A stretch of 64,000 nt of DNA from Candidatus Oxydemutatoraceae bacterium (GCA_965220085.1 CBDCOZ010000002.1:166215-230214); one strand, 5' to 3'; positions 1-11,024 are shown, counted from the first letter of the stretch. Numbers and translations: made by a program. The notes: generated from the letters alone by a model not told the origin.

Positions 1-85
1 TTTGCATCAACTGGTGAGCAATGCGATAGTGCTGGAGCGCGAAAGCGGCGCGGATGCCGAAACAGCGCAGGATGAAGCGGCGTAA
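1..85 (+). CDS. dsrK: 3' end of DsrK (partial, runs off window)
   Basis: Frame from nt 2 reads LHQLVSNAIVLERESGADAETAQDEAA*, resembling the DsrK C-terminus; lies immediately upstream of dsrL. Confidence 0.7.
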   Translation, partial: LHQLVSNAIVLERESGADAETAQDEAA

Positions 86-134
86 CCGAGTTATGCCACA
101 ATATAAAGAATAAAGACTGAGGAGAAAAAACAAC

Positions 135-2090
135 ATGTCAGACGCAACTACAAAACCGGAAGAGAAAAAACTTACTTTTAGAAAATTCAGAGACGGCGAA
201 AACAAATGGGGGAGCTTTACGGAAAGCATTTTCTCCGCCGATACCTCGAGCAAGTGCCCGACCTATGTGCACCGCACTCCCCCGTGTCAGGGCAGTTGCC
301 CTTCGGGCGAAGACATTCGCGGCTGGTTGTCGATCGTGCGCGGGATTGAGAAACCGGCGGAAGGCGTTTCTATGCAGGAGTATGCATTTGAGCGCGTCAC
401 CGCCGCCAACCCGTTTCCGTCCATGATGGGCAGAGTGTGTCCGGCGCCGTGTCAGGACGGGTGCAACCGCAATCACGTCGAGGACTATGTCGGCATCAAT
501 GCGATCGAACAATACATAGGCGACACCGCGATTGAGAAGAACCTCGCCTTTGAGTGCGACACGCCCTTGAGCGGCAAGAAGGTCGCTATCATCGGCGGCG
601 GGCCTGCGGGCATGTCGGCGGCGTATCACTTGCGGCGCAAGGGTCATGCCAGCGTCATTTTTGATGAGCACGAAGAGCTCGGCGGCATGATGCGCTACGG
701 CATACCGAATTACCGGACGCCGCGCGCATTCCTGAACAAGGAGATTGAGCGCATCCTGGCGATGGGCGGCATCGATACCCGCTTGAACGTCTGCGTGGGC
801 AAGGATGTCAGCGTTGAAGAGATTGAAAAAGAATACGATGCGGCGCTGTGGTGCGTCGGTTGTCAGACCGGTCGCGATCTGCCGATTCCAAATGGCGATG
901 CGCCAAACTGCGTCAGCGGCGTCAAGTTTCTTGAGGCCTTTAACAAGGGCTTGCTCAAGGTCACGGCGGACAAAGTCATCTGCATCGGCGGCGGCGACAC
1001 ATCCATCGATGTGGTATCGGTTGCCAGACGCCTCGGGCGCATCGATCTGCCGGATAAGAAAGCGCGTCCGGAGCATGTCATCGGCGGCTATGTCGCTCAC
1101 GATTCGGCTTTTGCCTTGGCGCGCGAAGGCGCGCAGGTCACATTGACTTCGCTGTTTGCGCAGGAAGAGATGACCGCCAGCGAGCACGAAGTGCAAGACG
1201 CATTAAAGGAAGGGGTTGAGATTATCAACGGTGTGATGCCGGTTGAGGCGTTGCTCGACGACGAAGGCCGCGCGAAAGCGGTGAAGTTGGCAAAGTGCGA
1301 ATTTGCAGACGGCAAGCCGAAGCCGATAGAAGGCACCGAGTTTGAAATTGCGTGCGACTTGGTTGTCAGCGCGATAGGACAGGGCGGGCGCCTTGACGGT
1401 CTGGAGCAGTTTGACAACGGGCGCGGCTTGATGGATGTCGACAAGTTCTATGCGCTTGCCGACAAGCCGGGGCACTTTGCCGCCGGCGATATCATCCGCC
1501 CGCATTTGCTAACGACGGCGATCGGGCAAGGGTCTATCGTTGCCGACAGCATTGACTGCTACTTGGAGAGCGCCGAGCAACCTAAGCGCCCGCGCGTCGA
1601 TGTGCACCATTTTAATTTGCTCAGAAAGCTGGGCGAAGCAGGGCTTGAGCCGGAGAATTTTGAGGGCGGCGAAAAGCGCGGCACCTGCGAAGCGGACTTT
1701 TCCATTCACAACTACGAAGACCGCTCGGCGCAGGAGATCATCTCGCACGAGCGATTGTTTTTGGCGCACTTTGAATATGTCGATCGCAATATCCGCGAAG
1801 GCCGCGGGCCCGATACCGAAGCGGTGCTCGGTCACTTTGAGGAGCGGAGCATAGGGCTTGATGAGGCGCAGGCGATTGCGGAAGCAAACCGTTGCATGAG
1901 TTGCGGCATGTGCTTTGAATGCGACAACTGCGTTATTTTCTGTCCGCAGGATGCGGTCTTTCGGGTGGACAAGGCGAAGCAGACGCTGGGGCGCTATGTG
2001 GATACCGATTACGACCGTTGCGTGGGCTGTCATATCTGCGCCGATGTCTGTCCGACCGGCTATATTGACATGGCATTGGGGGATCACTGA
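135..2090 (+). CDS. dsrL: DsrL iron-sulfur flavoprotein (NAD(P)H:acceptor oxidoreductase)
   Basis: GltD-like N-terminal Fe-S cysteines (CQGSCP, GRVCPAPCQDGC), GGGPAG FAD motif, GGGDTS, C-terminal ferredoxin motifs; RBS GAGGAG; dsr operon context. Confidence 0.95.
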   Translation: MSDATTKPEEKKLTFRKFRDGENKWGSFTESIFSADTSSKCPTYVHRTPPCQGSCPSGEDIRGWLSIVRGIEKPAEGVSMQEYAFERVTAANPFPSMMGRVCPAPCQDGCNRNHVEDYVGINAIEQYIGDTAIEKNLAFECDTPLSGKKVAIIGGGPAGMSAAYHLRRKGHASVIFDEHEELGGMMRYGIPNYRTPRAFLNKEIERILAMGGIDTRLNVCVGKDVSVEEIEKEYDAALWCVGCQTGRDLPIPNGDAPNCVSGVKFLEAFNKGLLKVTADKVICIGGGDTSIDVVSVARRLGRIDLPDKKARPEHVIGGYVAHDSAFALAREGAQVTLTSLFAQEEMTASEHEVQDALKEGVEIINGVMPVEALLDDEGRAKAVKLAKCEFADGKPKPIEGTEFEIACDLVVSAIGQGGRLDGLEQFDNGRGLMDVDKFYALADKPGHFAAGDIIRPHLLTTAIGQGSIVADSIDCYLESAEQPKRPRVDVHHFNLLRKLGEAGLEPENFEGGEKRGTCEADFSIHNYEDRSAQEIISHERLFLAHFEYVDRNIREGRGPDTEAVLGHFEERSIGLDEAQAIAEANRCMSCGMCFECDNCVIFCPQDAVFRVDKAKQTLGRYVDTDYDRCVGCHICADVCPTGYIDMALGDH

Positions 2091-2138
2091 GCATTCCGGC
2101 AGGCGCAAGAATGACCCGTTCCGTCGTTGTGGCAGTTG

Positions 2139-2522
2139 ATGAGGCTAAATACTACACTGTTGCTGGTTCCGACCTTTCTGCTCGGCGGTTTGATAGCGCT
2201 GTATGCGGACGAGAGCTTGCTGCCAAAGATTCCGCCGGCGGACCCCGCCGTTGCGCAATGTGTTGAGCCGACCGAAGTAATGCGCCGCCGCCATCACGAA
2301 TTCATTTTGCATCAGCGCGATGAGACCGTGCGCAAGGGCATCCGCACCGACCGCCACCGCTTTGTGAATTGCATCAACTGCCATGTGCAACCGGATGCCG
2401 CCGGCGACTATCCGCGACACACCGACAGCGACCACTTCTGCACCGCGTGTCATGTGTACAGCAGTGTCAGCATAGACTGCTTCGGCTGTCATGCCGACCG
2501 GCCCGAGGCGGCTTACGAATAA
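2139..2522 (+). CDS. dsrJ: DsrJ periplasmic triheme cytochrome c
   Basis: Signal peptide, MRRRHH motif, three CxxCH motifs (CINCH, CTACH, CFGCH). Confidence 0.93.
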   Translation: MRLNTTLLLVPTFLLGGLIALYADESLLPKIPPADPAVAQCVEPTEVMRRRHHEFILHQRDETVRKGIRTDRHRFVNCINCHVQPDAAGDYPRHTDSDHFCTACHVYSSVSIDCFGCHADRPEAAYE

Positions 2523-2534
2523 CAGGAGCGGGCG

Positions 2535-3317
2535 ATGGGGCGGACATTTAACTATTCGCAAAGCAAGCGCGCACGGCAATCGGAGCACTCTCCCAAGCGC
2601 CGCCGCTTTCTCAAAGCGACCGCCTTTGCGGGCATGACGATTGCCCCCGGGGTGTTGCTGTACAGACTCGGGCACACCGCCCCCCGCGCCGCGGACGAAG
2701 CGGTTACCGACAAGGTGCGCTGGGGCATGCTGGTGGATGTCAACGCCTGTGCCGACGGTTGCGATGCGTGCGTGCGCGCGTGCGACGAAGAGCACGGCTT
2801 GACCGGCGCCGGACGCGCGCAGACCGATGCGCAATGGATACGCAAGCTGACGATACGCGACACACAAACCGGACACAGCAAATCCTTCCCGGTCATGTGC
2901 CAGCATTGTGAGAACCCGCCTTGCGCGGATGTCTGCCCGACCGGCGCATCGTTTAAGCGCGAAGACGGGATCGTGCTGGTCGACAAACACACCTGCATCG
3001 GTTGTCGCTATTGCATGATGGCGTGTCCGTATAAGGCGCGCTCTTTTATCCATGAAGATTTGGACGGGCAACTGCCGCACGCGCCGCGCGGCAAAGGCAC
3101 CGTTGAAAGTTGCACCTTGTGCGCGCACAAAGTCGATCGCGGCGACGGCACGACCGCTTGCGCCGACGCGTGCGAGCGGGAAGGACACCGCGCGCTTATC
3201 TTTGGCGATCTCAACGACCCGCACAGCGAGATTTCCAAGCGTCTGAGCAAACACGGCGGCGCTCAGATTCGCGCCGACCTCGGCCTCAATACGGGCGTGC
3301 GCTACGCGGGAATCTAA
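2535..3317 (+). CDS. dsrO: DsrO periplasmic 4Fe-4S protein
   Basis: Tat motif RRRFLK, CQHCENPPC and CIGCRYCMMACP motifs. Confidence 0.93.
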   Translation: MGRTFNYSQSKRARQSEHSPKRRRFLKATAFAGMTIAPGVLLYRLGHTAPRAADEAVTDKVRWGMLVDVNACADGCDACVRACDEEHGLTGAGRAQTDAQWIRKLTIRDTQTGHSKSFPVMCQHCENPPCADVCPTGASFKREDGIVLVDKHTCIGCRYCMMACPYKARSFIHEDLDGQLPHAPRGKGTVESCTLCAHKVDRGDGTTACADACEREGHRALIFGDLNDPHSEISKRLSKHGGAQIRADLGLNTGVRYAGI

Positions 3318-3327
3318 GGAGCCGCTT

Positions 3328-4533
3328 ATGCTTCCGATACGTTACGAAGCGCTCGAAGGTCGTAGCCCGGGCTATATGGCGCTGCTCGGTCTGTTCGCAG
3401 CGCTGGTTGTCGCCGGCGCCGTGAGCGCCTATCACATGGAGCATCACGGGCATTATGTGACCGGCATGAACAACCAGATCGTCTGGGGCATCCCGCATGT
3501 GTTCGCAATCTTTTTGATCATCGCCGCATCGGGCGTGCTCAATGTCGCCTCCGTCGGCTCGGTATTCGGCAAGGTCGACTACAAGCCGTTGGCGCGGCTG
3601 TCGTCGTTGCTGGCGGTCGCGTTTTTAGTCGGCGGCCTGGCGGTCTTAGTCCTTGATCTCGGCCGTCCCGACCGCCTGATCGTGGCGATGACATACTACA
3701 ATTTCAAATCCATATTCGCCTGGAACATTTTGCTCTATGCCGGTTTCTTCGTCGTCTTGTTCTTGTATATGTGGACGCTGTTTGAGCGCAGGATGAAACC
3801 CTGCCAAAAGACCGCGGGCGTGGCGGCTTTGATCTGGCGCCTGATACTGACGACCGGCACCGGTTCCATCTTCGGTTTTCTCGTTGCCAGACAAGCCTAC
3901 GATGCGGCGATCATGGCGCCGCTCTTTGTGATGATGTCGTTCGCCTTGGGCTTGGCGCTTTTTATCGTGATTATGATGGCGACCGCCGCGCTCGATCGGC
4001 GCGCCGTGGGCGATTATATCCTGTTCAAGCTCAAGAATTTGCTCGCGGTCTTTGTCGCCGCCGTGCTTTATTTCGTCTTTGTGTTCAACATCACCAACCT
4101 GTACGCCGCCGAGCACGGCGGCATTGAACGTTTCATCCTGCTGGACGGCGGCATCTACACATGCATATTCTGGGCGCTGCAAATCGGCATCGGCAGCGTG
4201 TTGCCGCTGCTGCTGTTTTACCTTCCGCAAACGAGCCGCTCCCGCACCGCCGTCTGGCTGGGCTGTAGCCTGGTACTCGTCGGCATGTTCGCCCAGTTGT
4301 ATGTCATCATCATCGGCGGACAGGCCTACCCGCTGGTGATGTTTCCCGGCATGGAAGAGAGCAGCAGCTTCTTTGACGGTGTCGTCGCCGAATACACCCC
4401 CAGCTTGCCGGAGATCGTTCTTGGCATCGGCGGTGTCGGTCTCGCGATGGCCATCGTCGTTTTTGCGCTGGCGGTTCTGGACTTCTTCCCGCAGAGTTTG
4501 GCGGATAAACATTTTTGCGAACCATCCGACTGA
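3328..4533 (+). CDS. dsrP: DsrP NrfD/PsrC-family membrane protein
   Basis: Many hydrophobic helices, TGMNNQIVWG and DLGRPDR motifs. Confidence 0.93.
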   Translation: MLPIRYEALEGRSPGYMALLGLFAALVVAGAVSAYHMEHHGHYVTGMNNQIVWGIPHVFAIFLIIAASGVLNVASVGSVFGKVDYKPLARLSSLLAVAFLVGGLAVLVLDLGRPDRLIVAMTYYNFKSIFAWNILLYAGFFVVLFLYMWTLFERRMKPCQKTAGVAALIWRLILTTGTGSIFGFLVARQAYDAAIMAPLFVMMSFALGLALFIVIMMATAALDRRAVGDYILFKLKNLLAVFVAAVLYFVFVFNITNLYAAEHGGIERFILLDGGIYTCIFWALQIGIGSVLPLLLFYLPQTSRSRTAVWLGCSLVLVGMFAQLYVIIIGGQAYPLVMFPGMEESSSFFDGVVAEYTPSLPEIVLGIGGVGLAMAIVVFALAVLDFFPQSLADKHFCEPSD

Positions 4534-4563
4534 CCCGCCGTTTTTCGCAAATGGCAAAAGGCC

Positions 4564-5928
4564 GTGTCGCACATACTGATCAGCGCAGCGCATAAATCGT
4601 CCGGCAAAACGGTGATCAGCGCCGGCTTGTGTGCCGCGCTGACGGCGCGCGGCCTGCGGGTGCAACCGTTTAAGAAGGGCCCCGATTACATCGACCCCGC
4701 ATGGCTTGCGCTCGCCAGCGGTCGGCCGTGTTTCAATCTGGATTTCAATGTCCAAACCGAGCAAGAACTGAGGGAGACCTGCGGCCACAGGAGCGCCGGC
4801 GCCGACATCAGCGTGATTGAGGCGAACAAGGGTCTGTATGACGGGCTTGACCCGGATGGTCACGACAGCAACGCCGCGCTGGCAAAGTTATTGCAGTGCC
4901 CGGTCATCCTCGTGCTTGATTGCGCCGGCATGACACGCGGTGTCGCGCCCTTGTTGCAAGGCTACGAGCAATTTGACCGCGACCTGTCCATCGCCGGCGT
5001 CATTCTCAACCGCATAGCGGGCCCCAGACATCGCGGCAAACTGGTCGCCGCGGTTGAGAAATATACCGATGTGCCTGTGCTGGGCGCGGTCAGCAAAGAT
5101 GCGCGCCTTGCAATGCCCGAAAGACATTTGGGCCTGATTCCGGCAAACGAAGCCGGCGATGCAACGGCAATGGCGGAGGCAATGCGCGAGGCCGTCGCCG
5201 AGCAAGTCGATATGGACGCCATCCTGGCAATAGCGGCGAAAGGCAAACCGCTTTCCGACTTGCCTCCCGCAGCGACGACGAGCAAAGCCAGCAATTTGCG
5301 TTGCGGCATTTTCAGAGACAGCGCGTTTTCTTTTTACTATCCCGATGACTTGGAACGCTTTGAACAGTGCGGTGTTGAACTGGCGCCGATCGACAGCTTG
5401 CGTGACAAGGCTTTGCCGCCGCTGGATGCTCTGTTTATCGGCGGCGGTTTTCCGGAGACGCAAGCGGCGGGGCTTGCGCGCAATGCGGATATGCGCAATG
5501 CCGTTCGCAGCGCGATAGAAAACGGCATGCCGACCTATGCGGAATGCGGCGGCCTGATGTACCTTGCCCGCAACATCATCCGGCACGGCGAGCGCTACCC
5601 GATGTGCGGCGTGCTTGAGGCGGATGCGCTGACGCGCGACACCCCTTGCGGTCGCGGCTATGTTGAATTCGCAGAAACGGATGCGATGCCATGGCCGGAT
5701 GTATCCGCCAGTCGCCGCTACCGCGCGCACGAATTCCACTACTCGCGACTGGTCAATGCAAAGAACTTGGCGGCGACCGCGATGACCTTATCGCGCGGCG
5801 ACGGCATCGGCGACGGGCGCGACGGCATCGTCTACAAAAACCTGCTTGCGACATATTTGCACCGGCGCAATTGCAAGGCGGATCAGTGGGTGCGACGCTT
5901 CGTCCGCTTCGCCAAACAACGCGCTTAG
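4564..5928 (+). CDS. dsrN: DsrN siroheme amidase (CobB/CbiA-like)
   Basis: KSSGKT P-loop, FKKGPDYID, AECGGLMYL, HEFHYS; GTG start; last gene of the dsr run. Confidence 0.9.
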   Translation: MSHILISAAHKSSGKTVISAGLCAALTARGLRVQPFKKGPDYIDPAWLALASGRPCFNLDFNVQTEQELRETCGHRSAGADISVIEANKGLYDGLDPDGHDSNAALAKLLQCPVILVLDCAGMTRGVAPLLQGYEQFDRDLSIAGVILNRIAGPRHRGKLVAAVEKYTDVPVLGAVSKDARLAMPERHLGLIPANEAGDATAMAEAMREAVAEQVDMDAILAIAAKGKPLSDLPPAATTSKASNLRCGIFRDSAFSFYYPDDLERFEQCGVELAPIDSLRDKALPPLDALFIGGGFPETQAAGLARNADMRNAVRSAIENGMPTYAECGGLMYLARNIIRHGERYPMCGVLEADALTRDTPCGRGYVEFAETDAMPWPDVSASRRYRAHEFHYSRLVNAKNLAATAMTLSRGDGIGDGRDGIVYKNLLATYLHRRNCKADQWVRRFVRFAKQRA

Positions 5929-6003
5929 CGCTCGCCTTCGTTCCGGCTCTGGAATTAATGATTGGGGTTGGTCGGCGGCTTCGCTCCGCCGGCAGGTTTG
6001 GCA

Positions 6004-7602
6004 TCACTTGCTATTGTCCTCGCAGAACTTGCCAAGATTTTTAGACGCTTTTTTTGTAACCTCCGAGTCGCCCGAAAGTTCGGCCCGGCGTTGGGCTTCT
6101 GCCCAGGCGGCGCACGCTTCGTTGAGATGCTCCAAATCATGCAGGGCGTTCCCCCGGTGAAGATGTGCCTCCGCATATTTTGGATCCAACGCAATAGCTT
6201 TGTCGCAGGCTACAAGCGCCTCCCGATGACGACCCAAATGATTCAAGACTTCTCCCCGATTACTATGTGCCATCGCATGTTTCGGATTCAACGCAATGGC
6301 CTTGTCGTAAGCTACGAGTGCCTCCTCGTGACGATTCAAATCATATAGGGCAACCCCCCGATTGTTATATGCATCCGCATATTTTGAATCTAATGCGATG
6401 GCCATGTCGTAAGCTTTAAGTGCCTCCTTGTGACGACCCAAATCACGTAGGACGCACCCCCGATTGTAATGTGCCTCCGCATATTCTGGATCCAACGCAA
6501 TGGCCGTGTCATAATCTTCAAGTGCCTTCTTGTGACAATCCAAATCACGCAGGACATTTCCCCGATTGTTATATGCATCCGCATTTTCCGGATCCAACGC
6601 AATGGCCTTGTTGTAAGCTGCAAGTGCTTTTTCATGGCGACCTAAGTCACACAGGGTGTTCCCCCGATTAATATGTGCCCCTGCCCCTCTCGGCTCCAAC
6701 CTAATGGCTTCGTCATAATCTGCAAGTGCCTCCTCGTAGCATTCCAGTGCACTGTTGAGATTTCCCCTTTCAAAGTACAGTAGAGCTTTTTGTTCTCCGC
6801 TCGTACGGATTTTCTCATCAAGGTAAGCTCTGGTCTTGACAAAATTATAAGCTTTGCCGTTCGCGTTAGCTGCCGCAAAACCGGAGAAATCAGAGAACAT
6901 AAAAGTTTCTGATATTCCTGATCGCTCAAGAATTCCCCTCAACGATTCTTTTTCTTCGTTCTGTACCTCGTAGGGGTTCCCATGAAAAAATTCCTCCCCG
7001 ATGCTTGGTCGGCCAAAAATAAACAGCGATTGCTGGGTCACCATCCGGATATCGCTGTCGCCGGGTCGCCATGCCTGCAATTTGTCCGGCGGGTTTCTTT
7101 CTCCGAAGAAGTCTTTCAACTCTCCTTGTAATTTTTCACGGGTTTTGATTTCCTCAATTTTTTCAGGTTCGTCCAAGCGCAAAGCAAAAACTTTTCCATT
7201 CTTTTCGGGGTGGTCCTTGCAGGCGAACCACAGCGCAGCCAGAGCGTTTTCGGTGAAGTCAATCAAGCCGGTAGCGGCCCCGTGATGTTGCAAGTGTGCC
7301 ATGACTTCAAGCGGTTGCTTATCGCCGTGTTCGGAAAAGCGCATGAGCACCTCGTTCACGCGTTCATGCAAATAGCCGACAAAGAGCGAATGTTCCGCAT
7401 ACGAGTGTGGTTTTATTTTCTCCTTCAAGCGCCGATATGCGCTGGAGTCCAGTTCCCAATCGGCGTCGGCTTGGCCGCGAAAGGCAAGCCGCCCGTCCAA
7501 GTTTTCCACCCATTCCATATAGTTCCGCAACAGCATCTTGCCGTCTTGCTTACGGCCTTTCTTTGCTTTTGTGCGTTGCAATTTTTTGGGTTGTTGGGAC
7601 AT
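6004..7602 (-). CDS. FRG-domain protein with C-terminal TPR repeats (paralogue 1)
   Basis: FRGQADADW and QHHGAATGLIDFT..ALWFAC FRG motifs, then ~7 TPR units; ATG at 7602 with AAGGAA RBS. Confidence 0.88.
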   Translation of the reverse strand: MSQQPKKLQRTKAKKGRKQDGKMLLRNYMEWVENLDGRLAFRGQADADWELDSSAYRRLKEKIKPHSYAEHSLFVGYLHERVNEVLMRFSEHGDKQPLEVMAHLQHHGAATGLIDFTENALAALWFACKDHPEKNGKVFALRLDEPEKIEEIKTREKLQGELKDFFGERNPPDKLQAWRPGDSDIRMVTQQSLFIFGRPSIGEEFFHGNPYEVQNEEKESLRGILERSGISETFMFSDFSGFAAANANGKAYNFVKTRAYLDEKIRTSGEQKALLYFERGNLNSALECYEEALADYDEAIRLEPRGAGAHINRGNTLCDLGRHEKALAAYNKAIALDPENADAYNNRGNVLRDLDCHKKALEDYDTAIALDPEYAEAHYNRGCVLRDLGRHKEALKAYDMAIALDSKYADAYNNRGVALYDLNRHEEALVAYDKAIALNPKHAMAHSNRGEVLNHLGRHREALVACDKAIALDPKYAEAHLHRGNALHDLEHLNEACAAWAEAQRRAELSGDSEVTKKASKNLGKFCEDNSK

Positions 7603-7699
7603 GGCTTGCTTTCCTTTAGTGATGGATTCTACTCCTCCCCTGCCAACCTTGCAAGGCATATCCCGCACCGGGACTTATATGCTTGACTCCGTCCGGCCA

Positions 7700-7961
7700 A
7701 CACCGGAAGCGGTTAACTGCGGCGCTTGGAATGCGCCGACGCGGTGGTAAAATGAAAGCAATGCCTATTCCGAATACGACAAAAGAAACATTGCAGACAA
7801 CGGCACATAAAAATGTCCGCAAGGGTTCTGCTATCTTTACGGATGGAAGCCCTTCGCACAACGATGTTGCCAATCGTCATTACGCTGTTCATCATTCTGC
7901 CAAAGAGTATGTCGCCGGCATGCACGGAAAGCATATCGCTTATAACGGATTGACGGCATGA
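7700..7961 (+). mobile_element. Internally deleted IS1595-family transposase remnant
   Basis: NVRKGSAIFTDG..H..VHHSAKEYV resembles the IS1595 DDE core and is fused directly to a C-terminal-like GKHIAYNGLTA. Confidence 0.7.
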
Positions 7962-8686
7962 CCGAAGCAATAAAACCCAATAGCGTGTTGTTAGGGGATT
8001 GTGTGAAACTGTTGCCAAAGGTTCGCGCATCATCTGTTGATTTGATAGCGATTGATCCGCCGTATGAGATAGGATATAACGGTTGCGATTGGGATCAAAA
8101 GGGCGGGTTAAGTTGGAACATCTTGGAACAAGAATTTACGCGGGTATTGAAACCCGATGGCAATCTGATTATCTTTCAGGGATGGACGAATGTATCCCAA
8201 ACAATCACAAGCCTGTCAAACTCTTTTCATCTTAAAAATTGGATCATTTATGACAGAATCAAAGGGCGAGGGGCAAGAACCAATCTCGTTTCTACGAGAG
8301 AGGATATATTATGGTTTGTCAAAGATACCGATAACTACACCTATAACAAAATACCATCGACGATAAAGAAAAAAACGGGGGGAACCATCGGAAAGAAAAA
8401 CGGCAATGCTTATAGGGCAATGTCCAATGTATGGACTGATATCGCGCCTATTGTGCCTTGGAGCAAAGAGAGGGCAAAACATCCCACACAAAAACCGCTA
8501 CAAATAATGGACAGAATCCTGCGCATATTCAGTAACAAAAATGACATTGTGCTGGATTGTTTTGCCGGCAGCGGCAGTACGATTATTTCTGCCATAAAAA
8601 CCGAAAGGCAATATATTGGTTTTGAGAAGGATGACAGTTACTTTGGAATAATACAAGGTAGGATTACATCAGAAAATGAAAAATGA
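7958..8686 (+). CDS. Site-specific DNA methyltransferase (N4/N6, beta-class order)
   Basis: DPPY motif IV near N-terminus, HPTQKP, VLDCFAGSGST motif I near C-terminus; AT-rich. Confidence 0.93.
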   Translation: MTEAIKPNSVLLGDCVKLLPKVRASSVDLIAIDPPYEIGYNGCDWDQKGGLSWNILEQEFTRVLKPDGNLIIFQGWTNVSQTITSLSNSFHLKNWIIYDRIKGRGARTNLVSTREDILWFVKDTDNYTYNKIPSTIKKKTGGTIGKKNGNAYRAMSNVWTDIAPIVPWSKERAKHPTQKPLQIMDRILRIFSNKNDIVLDCFAGSGSTIISAIKTERQYIGFEKDDSYFGIIQGRITSENEK

Positions 8687-9281
8687 TATAAAGCGTTTTA
8701 GGGATGGGATTATTGATGTTAATACCCGACAATTTGGAAGAGTGGCGGAAGTCATTGTAAAGATATTGCGAGATTTGTTAGAAAGTGGTGATCTTAAGTT
8801 TGATTTAATTGAAGAGATGACTTCTAACAAAATTGAAGTGAAAGCATCAAAGGTATTAAGGGCAAACAAATTAAAGATTGATGAAAGTAACTTCTATGAT
8901 GTAATTATAAAAAATAGTAACAGGGATAGGTTATTAGCCACTACCGATATTGATACTAAAAAGTTTGACTGCAACATACAACAAATAAAAGCCAAACTAT
9001 TTGACAAATTAGTTTATTTGCTATTTTTTAAGGATGCGGTAGAGATATTTGAAGTTGATTGTGATGCTATTGTGGCAGACCCCTCAATCCTATACGTTGA
9101 CAAGCAACACAGAGGCAATATAGGCGAGGGGCAATTTCATGTGAATAACAAAACCTATCCGCACCACAAACAAAACTATTTTGTGCGGGCAGTTACTTAT
9201 GAGGAACTTGTAAATGAAGCAAAAAGATCCGGACAGAGCGGCAAGGGCATGACTAAACGCGAGAAGACCGCCAAGGGATAA
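8676..9281 (+). CDS. Putative type II restriction endonuclease (PD-(D/E)xK-like)
   Basis: Overlaps the MTase stop, very AT-rich, E..KFDL..IEVKAS pattern. Confidence 0.65.
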   Translation: MKNDIKRFRDGIIDVNTRQFGRVAEVIVKILRDLLESGDLKFDLIEEMTSNKIEVKASKVLRANKLKIDESNFYDVIIKNSNRDRLLATTDIDTKKFDCNIQQIKAKLFDKLVYLLFFKDAVEIFEVDCDAIVADPSILYVDKQHRGNIGEGQFHVNNKTYPHHKQNYFVRAVTYEELVNEAKRSGQSGKGMTKREKTAKG

Positions 9282-9416
9282 AGGTTGTCCGATACCAAGG
9301 CTGACCCAAACCGTTAACTGTACGAAAGGACGTAAGATGGATTCGACGGGTTTGGCAAAGATTGCCTCCAAACATGCGATAAGCCAATAAAATGCAGCCC
9401 GAATAAGCGAGAGACA

Positions 9417-11024
9417 TCATGCGCTATTGTCCTCGCAAAACGCGCCGAGTTTCTGAGACGCTTCTGCCGCCACCGCCGCATCACCGGCAAGCTCGGCCAG
9501 CCGTCGGGCTTCTGCCCAAGCAACGCGCGCCTCTTGGAGGCGCTCCAAATCATGCAGGGCGTTCCCCCGATTATGATGCGCCGTCGCATCTGTCGGCTGC
9601 AACTTAATGGCCGTGTCAAAAGCCTCAAGCGCCTCCCGATGACGGCCCAAATGGCTCAGGGCTTCTCCCCGGTTACTATGCGCCATCGCATGTTGCGGCC
9701 GCACCGCAATCGCCTTGTCGTACGCCTCAAGCGCCGCCTCGTAGCGCTCCAAGTCATACAGGGCGGTGCCCCGATTGTTATGCGCCTTCGCATCCTCAGG
9801 ATTCAGCGCGATGGTCTTGTCGCAAGCCGTGAGCGCCTCCTCATAGCGCCCCAAATCGCGCAGCGCCGCCCCCCGATTGTTATGCGCCTCCGCATCGTCC
9901 GGGTCCAACGCAATAGCCGTGTCGTACGCCGCAAGCGCATCCTGCGGGCGATGCAAATCGCGCAGGACATTGCCCCGATTGTAATGCGCCTTCGCATATT
10001 CCGGATTCAGCGCGATGGCCTTGTCGTACGCCGCAAGCGCCTCCTGCGGGCGATGCAAATTGCGCAGCGTAATCCCGCGGTTATAATGCGCCTTCGCATA
10101 TTTTGCATCCAGCGCGATGGCCTTGTCGTAATCCGCCAGCGCATCCTCGTGGCACTCCAGCGCACTGTTGAGATTGCCCCGTTCAAAATAGCGCAGCGAC
10201 AGCGTCTCTTGTTCGCCGTCGGTACGGATTTTCTCATCGAGGTAAGCCCGGGTCTTGACAAAATCATAAGCCTTGTCGTTCGCGTTCGCCGCCGCAAGGC
10301 CGGCGAGATCGGAAAACATAAACGTCTCCGATATTCCCGATTGCTCAAGGATGCGCAACAACAATTCTTTCTCCTCGCGCCGCACCTCGTAGGGCCGCCC
10401 GTGAAAAAATTCTTTCCCGATGCCGGGCCGCCCAAAGATAAACAGCGACTGCTGGGTTACCATCCGGATATTGCTGTCGCCGGGACACCACGCCTGCAAT
10501 TTGTCCGGCGGTTCTCTCTCGCCAAAGAAGTCTTTCAACTCCCCTTTCAATTTTCCGCGCGCTTTGATCTCCTCAATCTTTTCGGGCTCGTCCAAGCGCA
10601 AGGCAAACACCTTCCCGTTCTTCTCAAGTTGGTCCTTGCAAGCGAACCACAGCGCGGTCAGGGCGTTTTCGGTGAAGTCAATCAAGCCGGTCGCGGCGCC
10701 GTAATGTTGCAAGTGCGCCATGATTTCAAGCGGTTGCTTATCGCCGTGTTCGGAAAAGCGCATGAGCGCCTCGTTCACGCGTTCGTGCAGATAGCCGACA
10801 AACAGCGAATGTTCCGCATACGGGTGTTGTTCTATCTTCCGCTTCAAGCGCCGATATGCGCCGGAGTCCAACCCCCAATCGGCGTCGGCCTGACCGCGAA
10901 AGGCAAGCCGCCCTTGCAACGGCATCACCCAACGCATATAGTTTGCCAAGGCTTCGCGGGCTTTTTCCTCCGCCGTGCCGGACGGTTGCGCAGGTTGCGG
11001 CAATTTTTCGGGTTGTCGGGGCAT
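9417..11024 (-). CDS. FRG-domain protein with TPR repeats (paralogue 2)
   Basis: Highly similar to 6004-7602; ATG at 11024 preceded by GGAGGA; upstream ~80 bp also similar. Confidence 0.88.
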   Translation of the reverse strand: MPRQPEKLPQPAQPSGTAEEKAREALANYMRWVMPLQGRLAFRGQADADWGLDSGAYRRLKRKIEQHPYAEHSLFVGYLHERVNEALMRFSEHGDKQPLEIMAHLQHYGAATGLIDFTENALTALWFACKDQLEKNGKVFALRLDEPEKIEEIKARGKLKGELKDFFGEREPPDKLQAWCPGDSNIRMVTQQSLFIFGRPGIGKEFFHGRPYEVRREEKELLLRILEQSGISETFMFSDLAGLAAANANDKAYDFVKTRAYLDEKIRTDGEQETLSLRYFERGNLNSALECHEDALADYDKAIALDAKYAKAHYNRGITLRNLHRPQEALAAYDKAIALNPEYAKAHYNRGNVLRDLHRPQDALAAYDTAIALDPDDAEAHNNRGAALRDLGRYEEALTACDKTIALNPEDAKAHNNRGTALYDLERYEAALEAYDKAIAVRPQHAMAHSNRGEALSHLGRHREALEAFDTAIKLQPTDATAHHNRGNALHDLERLQEARVAWAEARRLAELAGDAAVAAEASQKLGAFCEDNSA